From Macrostomum lignano (Eukaryota), in assembly GCA_002269645.1 (NCBI GenBank), contig NIVC01004714.1, forward strand, positions 1 through 37,258: a stretch of DNA of 37,258 nt. Direction: 5' to 3'. Positions 10,580-20,500 of the stretch are shown piece after piece. The notes below the pieces were generated by a model. It was not told the DNA's origin. It worked only from the letters and a program-made list of their open reading frames with translations, and made no database searches. Positions within the stretch are counted from its first letter, which is position 1, and each line of letters begins with the position of its first letter. Made by a program: the position numbers and the translations under genes.

Positions 10580-11560
10580 TTAGTTAACGAATCTGACGGC
10601 AGACTTTTTCGCGTCCGGGAGTTCGTTGTAGACCTCCAGTAGCAGGCTCGGCAGGTTCATGCTGATTTTGATGCTGCCCACTTGTTCATCGTTCAGCATT
10701 ACTAAAATTGTTAGAAGACACATGGCATGATTAATGTGAGGTTTGGATTAGTCAAACTTTTTTATTTACCAAATATTGAAAAAAATATAATTACATATTA
10801 CTACTAATGATAATAATTGATTAAACCTGCCCAAAGGGTATTACGTGGCGCATCTGAAGGCTGCGTACGGCTGTTCAGTCCAAGGACTGGGGGGTCGCCA
10901 GATAGCCTCAATTACCCCAGCTAATGCTGGCACCCATTTTACAGCTGGGTGAACTGAAGCAATGCAGAGTTAAGTGTCTTGCTCAACGACACAAATTGTT
11001 CTGAGAGGGTCCAAAATCAAACAACCGACCTTTCAGTCGCTTGTCCAACGCTCTGTAACCACTAAGGCTACAACAAGTATTTGTGAAAGTGTATTTCAAA
11101 TAATCCTACTCGAGTTTTCACCCGAGTCAACTGGAACTCACGAGGAAAGATCTCTTCTCGAATGTCCTCGCCTTGAGCGATTCGATCGTCCAAATTGACC
11201 ATCGTTTTGCCCAGATCCACGAAAAATTCGCTCTCTGGATCAGACGGCTCGCACACCACAGTAAACGGGATCTCAATACTCTTCTGTCCCAATAGCAGCA
11301 TCGCCAGTACTTTGCGCTTCTCGTAGCTGCCGGCGAAACTGTAGTCGTAGACTCTCTGAAAGTTGTAACTGAGGCAGAACTCATTGGGTCGGGACTGGCC
11401 GGGCCTGGGCGTCCAGAGAGACACTGGCGTCTCCGTCTCCTCCTGCGAGAAGCCAGGCAAGAGGAAGAACACGTAGCACTTGGTGTCATCGAGGTCGGGA
11501 TTTCTTAAAGCCTGGCAGGTCTCGCTAAATTGCACGTTGAATATCTGGACTGTGCAGGCT
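10580..11560 (-). other. RPGRIP1L: Native C-terminal (RPGR1_C-type) C2 domain of RPGRIP1L; likely parent of the six derived copies
   Basis: MEACTVQIFNV..EEIFP | LMLNDEQVGSIKISMNLPSLLLEVYNELPDAKKSAVRFVN*, with the same phase-1 intron as the copies. Confidence 0.85.
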
Positions 11561-14500
11561 TCCATTGAAGCACGACCAGTAGCTGTCAGCATCAGCTGCT
11601 GGCGGAGCTCGTCCCCGTGGCTACTCTCCGTCACCACGCCATCGGATTCCTCCGCCTCCGGTGCCGGACGCTCTGTGTCCTCGTAGTCGTCCTCATACTC
11701 AACCTCCTCCACTTCGTCTTCCGGTTCCGCCTCGGCAACGTCGTAATCGTCGTCTCGCAGACTGACGGACTGCAGATGCGAAGCGACGCCGCTTCTACCA
11801 ACGCTTGGACCTGAAGAATTCGTGGAGTTTAGAATTCGCTTGGAGCTTGGAACTATTGGTTTAGTCTTTATCTTCTGCAACCTGCTTATTCGTTTTTTAG
11901 ACAAGCCCTGGGTCAGGGTCATTGACAATGCCGAACTCACCTAACGATGTATTTCTCACGTCCTGCGTATCCGTGATGCTAGTTACGCTGTCGGTGACGG
12001 ATGCTAAAGTGATGAAACCAGTTAGGAAAATTTTAGCAGCCTTGTTTTAGCCAGAAATAGTACTAACAGTAGGTTGATTAAACATGCATAGGCCTACCAT
12101 CCATGAGGGTGCTGACCCGAGTCTGGCTCGCCTGCGTATCGCCAGCGCCACCGCTGCCGCCGATGCCAAGCCGACGCTCTGCCGCGGCAGCGGCTAAAGC
12201 AGCGGCCGACGGCGCGTGCCGTTTCGGCGGTTGCGGCGTCTGAGACACCTGCGGCTGAATTTGGAGTTGGGATTCAAAAATACAGCTAGCTAAAAAATAA
12301 ACTTCAGTAAATTTTTTATTATCTTATCAACACTACCAACCTGATTGTCCCCAGTCAGAGATCCCGACCGACTGCCAGTTCGTGCACTCGGTCGTGGCGA
12401 CGACGATCCCGACGCTGAATTCGGTGCTACAGCCGACGCTGTTGGCGATGGACCATGGCTGCTTCCGCTGGCACTTCCTGTGCCTCGGCGCGGGGTTCTC
12501 GGCTGCTGAACTGGCTGTGGCTGCGGCTGCTGGGGCTGAGGTCGCTGCTGCGTGCTTCTCGCTGATCCGGTGTCGGATCCCAAGGCCACCGCCGCGCTGC
12601 GATCAAGAGTAGAGTCATACCCAGGTTCCCGACGGTGCTTCAACTGCGGCTTGTCTCTCAGCAGTTCAGCTTCGCCAGTCATCAGTGGCAGAGGCTCGGC
12701 AGGTCCGTCCCAATGACCAGCTGGATTGTACGCAAACTGCCAGCTGAGCTCAAGCTCCAGAGTGCCGTTCGGCTGCTGATCAGCTCCGAGTAGTTGGTAG
12801 ATGCCCTGCACAGCCCGGTTCTGGCTTAAGGACACTAGATCGATCTACATGGGGATACGAGTAGATAGGGGATTAGTAATGGGGTAAATCGGTAAGAATA
12901 AGAATCTTTTGGGTCTTGAATATGCGAGAAATATGAAAAGTTCAGCCATGGCTGTTAAAACGTGTCTAAATCCTTATTGAAAACAATGAATGACATCCAA
13001 GTCACCTTAGCAACGCCTAGGTAGGCGCTTTCAAGAGGATCGTCTTCGTCCAGCACCCAGACGACGAGCTTCTGCGTCTTCAAATAGCGATCCAACTCTG
13101 GGGTCGGCGTCAGAGTCAGCTGCTGGTAGAATTGGAACTCTGGATCGCTCGAGTTTGGGATGGCGGGCGAAACAGTGTCCTCACAGTCGAAGAACTTGTA
13201 GGAGCAGTACGGCGTCGGCTGGAAGTCCGGTCGGCGAGCTTTCAAGCCTCGACAGCGGACGATCTTCACGCCCAGAGTGTTGGCACCGCCGGCTGCGCGA
13301 CGATTCTGCGCCAGGTCGTCGAGAGCTTTCAGGCCCTCCGCGGCCGCTTGGTGATTGGCGGACATGTAGCCAGAGCCTTGGCGCGCTCCCGGTAGAGCCG
13401 CATCGCCTGCTCCATGGGCACCCGCATCCGCATCCAGTAGTCCAGGCAGCCCACCACCGTGCCTCCGTCCACCGACACCAGCTGAGCTCGGCCGGACACC
13501 GGGGCGGTCGGTTTCGAGTCGAGCAGCTCGCGGAAGTAAAGTCGACAAGCGGCCACTTGATGATAAGTGACGCCTACTGAGTGGTAGAGCTCCAGCCGTG
13601 CCTGTTGTGGGGCAGATTACGCTTCCAGTAGAATACGAGCAGAGAGAGTCTAAATGTATTTCCGATGAGTTTTTACTAAACAAGTTTCCGAAAATTAAAG
13701 GGGCTCATCAAGCGGTGGTTCGGCGGTGAAGGTAATTCTGTCCACTTCGCTGACTTCTGAGCACATCAAAGCTACAAGCGCGCCAATACTGTACGCAGGC
13801 ACGCACTCATACACGTACGCTCACACAGGATGTACAGCGGCCTTGACTTTCTAAGGCATGTACACTCTCTGTGCTTTGGGGGGTTGGTTCTCATTGGTGT
13901 GAATTGCACGACAACCCACGGGAAAATTTTCGAGCACACAAGCCCCAAATGGATGTCGCCACGCACGGAAGCAAACCAGGGGTTGAGTCGCAGGAGTCAG
14001 CAGCGTTTCCCTCTGAGCTACTATGCTTCTTAATCCGCTTAGTATCACAAAGAGCTGATCAAATGACCAACAACACGTGTACATTACCTTTTCCTTGTTT
14101 ATGTAGTGCAGGAACGAATCGTCAACCTTCACCACGTACTGCACGGTCTTGTTGAACTCGGCCACTCCGCCAGCTGCGCGCAGCACATCGGTGGTCTGCA
14201 ACTCGCACACATAGAACGGCCAGGTGCAAAACAGGGACGGATTCGAGTCGCCACCGAGCAGCTGGATTCCTTCATCTGTCAGGGTTAGACGGCCAACGTG
14301 CAGCTCGACGAGATTTTCGCCGTTTTGCAGGTGCACAGTTTCGTCGATTTCGTCCACTCCGTCGGCCTCTTCGCTTTGAAGCTGGTTTTGCTGGTCGAGC
14401 AGAGCGAATTGCTTGGTGCCTGCAATGATAGCCCGGGGTGTCAAATAAGCTGTGCTGAACTACAGAAACGTCTTTTTCGATTGAGCATTAACGTCTGTTG

Positions 14501-17500
14501 TGCCAGGCTTCTAAGCAATCCGAAGAAAAGGTAGGGTACACTCAGTACTGAAAGTTCTTGTAAGGGACTAGACAGCACTCTCGATAGCTAGTACGGCTTT
14601 ATAAATCTCGTTTAGATCCAGCACTGAGAGTGAGCATAATTAATTGTTTTATCGTCTTGATCGCGACATGAATCATTTGTCAGATCCCTTAAACCGTTGA
14701 AGGCTAAGAACTCTTCTTAAAAAAACTGCTTTCTCATCGCAACACCGGTAGAGACACTCACCATAGGCAACGTCTCTGAGCTGTCGCTCCAGTTTTCGAA
14801 TTCTTGCAGCTCGAATGTCGAGTAGCTTGGCCGATTCGGCCATCTTGGCGTCGTGATCCGCTTTCATCGCTTCTAGGCGACGCTCCGTCAACGACAGGCT
14901 GGCCTTCAGGTCCTGATTGATGCGATACTGAGCCTCCAGTAGCTGCCGTGTCTTGTCAAGCTCTTGGATCGTGTCCGAGTGGGCGGCTTCGATCTCGCGT
15001 AGGCGTCGCTGGTTGTCCTTTGAAACCTCAGCGTCCACTTGATGTAGGAAGTCTAGCTCAGATGGTTGCTGCTGCTGGCGCCGCTGCTTCACCAGCACGA
15101 TGGCCTCTTCAACTTCGTCCAAGTCCACAGCACCCTCCTGCAGTTTTCGTCAGAAATGTTCGAACCCGTTTGAATTTATAGCGATTTAAAATGCCCTAGC
15201 GCAGTTGTCTCAAAAATGTTTTTCTTTGATTAAAAAAGTCTATTGAGAATTACGAGTGTCAAATCAAAAAAAAAATTCTACAAGCTACAGTGTGTTTTTT
15301 CTAAACTGTTTGCTCTCATCAGAAAAGCTAATCACCGGGATGAGCAGGACTTCCTCACCGCCGGAGATAAGAATAATGTTACCAGTAGGGCTGCGGCTAC
15401 TCTAACGCAAAGCCTCCGTTGACATTGTAACACAAACACGGAATGAATTTGGTCGCGTACGGAAACGAACCAGGGATGGTGACGTGGTCAGAAGCGTCTT
15501 ACCATTGAGCTTCTCTTTTCTCTCACCGCTGATTGTGGGACAACGTCGCCAAATGCGTAGCATCAAGTGGCCTACAACCTTATTGCAAATATGCTTTTAC
15601 GAGCGTAGGTATGTGTCCTAAATATAAAATTGCAAACTTGCAAAACAAATGCATACTTGTATCAGCTTTACAAGCATCGTGGAATTCAATAGAATGATAA
15701 ATAAGTTCTGAAATATCTAACGAAAATCCCAATATGCCTTAAATATCCAGCACTAACCTTGTTAATAAACTTCATTTTTTCTCGCAGGCTCTCATGCTTC
15801 TGCTGCAACTCGTAAAATTTGATTCTCAGATTGCTCAGCTCTTTTTCAACTTCTTCGCCTTTGTTCCGTTCGTCCTCCAATCGGTCGAGGAACTCGCCTT
15901 TCTCGCCGACGTCTCGGTGCATTGTGGCCTCCAGCTGCTGAATCTGCGTCATCAGGGCCAGCTCGCGAGCTTTCCACTGACGCTCGCGCTCGGTGTCGAA
16001 AGCGCTGCAAAGTTCAGTAGAAGTTGCAAGCTGCAAGGGCATCTGATTTGTGAATGATTTGAAAAGCTATCCACCCCTAGTTGTGCAATGGACGACAAAA
16101 GGACTCAAAGACAAGGCTCCTGAGCAAGTCCGTCTCTTTGTCTTTAACTTTATCAAGCTTTATAATTTTGATATGTTTGTTATGCTTGAATCACAAACAA
16201 ACATAACAAAAATAACATTGGGTCTGCATTCTATCATATACAGATTCATATCTTTCTTCTCAAGTAGTCCTTGAAATCAACATCGTTCAAATCGGATAGT
16301 TGCTCAATTTGGAATCGAAAGTGTTATTTTGTCTGTAAAAAACTGGAGAAAGTTCACATCTTTCAAATGCAATTCGTATTTATCAAGCAAAATTTCCCAT
16401 ATTTTAAAGATTTTGCGATTGTGCGGTAGCTGTTTGAAATGCGACTAAAATATAGGCAGCTCTGACCTGTTTGTCAGCTTCTCGTTGGCTTCTCGCAGAA
16501 TATTCGCCTCCTTGTTGGCGTCCTCAAGCGCGTGCTCCAGCTCCATCAGTCGCCGTCTGGTTGCCTGCGCCGATCCGGCGCTCTCCTTCATGCTCTCGGC
16601 CTCGCGCTCTCGAGCTCTCAGCTCACGCTTCATCCGCTCCAACTCCTCTAGGAAGCGCGAGTTCGTCTCCACTGTCTCGCGCATCCGCTCCTCGTGCTGC
16701 TCGCAGCGCGCCTGCAGCTGCTCAATGATGGCGGACTTTTCGCGTAGCTCACGTTGTAGGCGAACCTTGTCGAGATCTTCCTGCATGGCTGAGCGCTTGT
16801 CTGTGCCGGCCTGCATGCGAGCCAAGTCCAACTCCGACTGAAGGTCCTGCGTCAGTTTTTTGACAGTTGAACGAATCGGTAATTGTCCTAATAAAATTTG
16901 AATAGCCTATAGATACAAGTCAAAAGTAATTGCGTAATTGGTTTTTCTTTCCGTGTTAAATAAAATGGCTCGCTATCCTACGTGAAGTACTCAAATGATG
17001 CTGTCACTACAAAATGACTTCAATTCAAATTTTAACAAATCAGTATTGAAAGAGCTAGTATAATAAGAATTATTAGTACTTTCTTGTCTTAATTTTCTGT
17101 CTCACCTGTATCCGCCTCTGGTGCTCCATCTCCTGAGCGTACAACTTGTCCTTGAGTGCATCCAACTCAGATTCCAGGCGCTCGTTAGCCATCTGCAGCT
17201 GGGTTCGCTCGTTGCGCATATCTTCTGAGCGTCCCAGGCTGCGCTGACGCTGATCCCGCTGCATCTGCATCGACTGTTGCTGCTGCTGCGGTGGCTGGTA
17301 AAGGACTCGCGTGTTGGGACCTCCGCGGGGCCGCGCTCGACCGCTGGGCAGTCCGGAGTCTCTCTGACCAGCGTTGCCGCCACCCGGCTTCGCCTGCTGC
17401 AGGAGCGACAGCCGCTGCCGCAGGTTCTCAGTCTGCTTCTCCAGCTCGGCATTGCGCAGCTCAAGTTTCACCACCTGATCGGTGGCGCGCAGCTCCGCGG

Positions 17501-20500
17501 CGCTGGCGCCGTTTTGCACTTTTAGGGCGCGAATCTGGGCGATTGTTTTGGTTTTGGTTCGAGGGCGTTACGCAGAATTTTGTGCTTCTTATGCGACTCT
17601 GGGCGTATGACTCTCGCACTGATCTTTACGAATACGAAAAAATTAAATAGATTACGATTTTTAGCAAGACCTCATCAATAAAATGCATGCGCTTCCCATT
17701 GAATAAATCCATTGAAACCATCGCATGAGGATAAACTGCACTACAGTTTTTTTTCGCACCGCTATTTAAAATCAGAATGTCATTCTGATTTTTTAAAGCT
17801 AGCTGTTTAAAAAGGCTGAGAAAATGTACAACTCTATGACCTTTATCGTTATTTTACTGCACACGGTTGGTCTGCTAGCTATGCTCAGTTTGTTGACCGG
17901 TCACCGAAGACTGGTGTAAGTTAGATGAACATTGTCAAGAACCAGACAGAAGTTTTAAGTCCATAACAATGAGTACAGAACTTAATAGCCTTGGATTAGG
18001 AATCAGAAACTGAACTCGTACCCAAATTAGACTTCAAAATTCGAAACTCACGCGAACGAAGTTTGATGATAAGAAAGACAGCTGTTAGGGCTTTGAATAG
18101 CAAAGATTTATTCGGCAGTTAGCGTTGTCAAAACATTTTAAATCGACGACAAATCCTCGCCGTAGATGTAATTTTGCGCTTTCGCTTTGAGGTTTATAGA
18201 GTACATTGCATTGCGTTTTCATTTCAATATCTTTAATACATTGCAAGATAAAACGGTGACTTTGCGATAAAAAACTTGCAAGTGTTTTACATCGCGGTTT
18301 ACGAGTACTGTAAGTGAAAGTTGCTTCCGAGCAAGAAGCGAAACAGAAGGTTTAGGAATATCAGAGTTGCCAATATATCTCTGCAGTTATTTTCGTACAG
18401 TAAAATTATTTAAATAATGCAAGTTGCTCTTCTTCTGCTACTCCCAGTTTATTCGTTCGATTGCGCTGTTCACCGCTTGCAGCACCAGCTGCATCTGCTG
18501 AGGCGCCACGTCGGAGTTGGTTCGGTCAGGTGTGCTGGAGCCGATCCTCAGAGGTGCAACTGGCTGGGACGTCTCCTCCGAATCAGAGGAGCAACCGGTG
18601 TCAGTGCATGTGCAGGTGCTGCAGATGTCCTCGCTGCCTTCATCGCGCTGATGCTGATGGGCCAGGGTCGATTCGACCACTTCAACAACCGCGGTAGATG
18701 CTGTGGCGAACTGCATGCTACCGCCGAAGCCTCGCGTGGCGGCGCTACCGGTCAGCAGTGCTGGCAGCGGTTCGCTCGAAGGTAAATCGACTTCCTCGCC
18801 GGAGCTCACTGGCTCCGTGTTGTTCTTGTTTGCAAGAGTGTCAGGTGAGCTATGAGCGCTACAGCTGCACGAACTGACACTGCTGCTACCGTTGTTGTCA
18901 TTGCTAGTGCTGTTAGTGCCAGTGGTTGTGGTGCTACCAATCAAAGAAATCTCCACGCCGATTATTGACGACGGCACAGGTCGCACGCGCGGCGGTTGGC
19001 AAATCAAACAGCGAGAGAGCCTTGCCAGATCTGCTGCGTGTGTGGCAGCGTTGCTTCCTGACGGCTCAAGTTTCTCAGCCTCTGGTGGAGTCGGGAAGAA
19101 ACTTAACAAGTGCTCGTATTTATCTTCATCGTCTGAATTCGCGTCGTCGTCTAAAACAGCATCAACAGTTCCAGTGTTGGCGTGAAACTCCGGACGGTCT
19201 TGCAGTTGGATGCGCAGCGCCGGTCGACGCCGATCCGCTTGGCTTGCCGGACCCGCGGAAGTCACCGCCACGCTCGGCGTTTCAGCGGCCACGCCAACTC
19301 CGAATACAATGTCTGTTACGGCATCGTTAGATGAAACATACTGGTCGCAGATGCGGGTGGACGCTGCCATTGCGTTAGTTGGTTCGCAAAGCCGGTACCG
19401 AGACGGGGGGTTATCTTCAGCTTGCTTCAGTGAGCACTCACTTGTCGATAGAATCACTGCATCAACGCGACAGACTTTGGACTCCTCGGACAGAGGCCAA
19501 GACATCATGGCTGGAGAGCCCCCGGCGCCAAGGGAAACGAAGCTGCCATTTAGATCAGCGTAGCTGCTGTCGCTATTCCAGATTTCCACCGACTGTCTGA
19601 TGGTTTGCGTCAAAGTGGCAGTTGACGACGTTGGCGTGGCCCTGGTGCTTGAACTAGAGATAATTCCCATCATTTGTTGGCGCGGATTCGGCGACAGGTT
19701 TGGTTGTTGGAGTGTCTCTAACCGATGCAGTTTCGGCATCGGATAAAGCTTGGCTTGGTGCAGTTCGGGGGCGATATTGTGCGACGTTGTCAATTGCTTT
19801 GGTTGCTCAGGCTCCTCTTCATCGCTTATTTTGTCTTCGTCAGTTGATTTTTGTTCATTGACATGCTCGACTTGAATGTTTTTAATCGATTGCCGCTCCA
19901 TTGACTTGGGTATCGTGGGCGATGTATTTTGCTGTTTCTTGGACTTTTCAGCGTTGGGTTGTTTGTCTGGCATTGTTTTCTGATCGTCGTCACCATTTGG
20001 CGCGTGTTTGTTCTTCCTTTGCATCCATTTCTGCGCGCGGTGGAAGAGCTTGTAGCGGTAGAAGTGCGCCGCTACAAAAAACACAGCAGCTAGAAAGCAT
20101 AGTACAATTGCAACTATAAGAAGAATGGTCGTCACGTTCGACAATGCGCCAGAGTTCGAATCAGACGAATTAACTGAGCTCGACTTCGTCTGTCTTGAAC
20201 TTTTAGGATCGTCGCTTTGCAATCGATTCCAGCCTCTAGATGGAAGCTCGAGCCATGCAGATTCCACAGCTAGCAGGAGCCGGGAGAAGCGATTCTCGCC
20301 CAATGCTGCCCGATAAACTGCAGCCGAGGCTGCACTTTCAGCGACTAATCGTTGTCGACGACCGCTACTGGCATCCTTGTCAAATCTGTTCTCTGAATAG
20401 TAGAACAGCTGAGTGCAACGCAATCGCGCAATTGGTTCTGACGTCACGAGCTGACTGACGCTGCTTAACGTTTGCTGGGGCGGCTCGCCTCCTCTGGGCT

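Noticed and set aside
11811-11940. N-terminal part of ORF 11068..11940 (MSSALSMTLTQ...) as coding
   Set aside because: It lies between a strong donor (TTAG|GTGAGT, 11941) and an acceptor (TTCTTCAG|, 11810), so it is intron read-through.
15290-15325. CTGATGAG...GAAA on the minus strand, hammerhead-ribozyme-like
   Set aside because: Stem II would be mostly G-U pairs without the closing G-C, and there are no convincing stems I or III.
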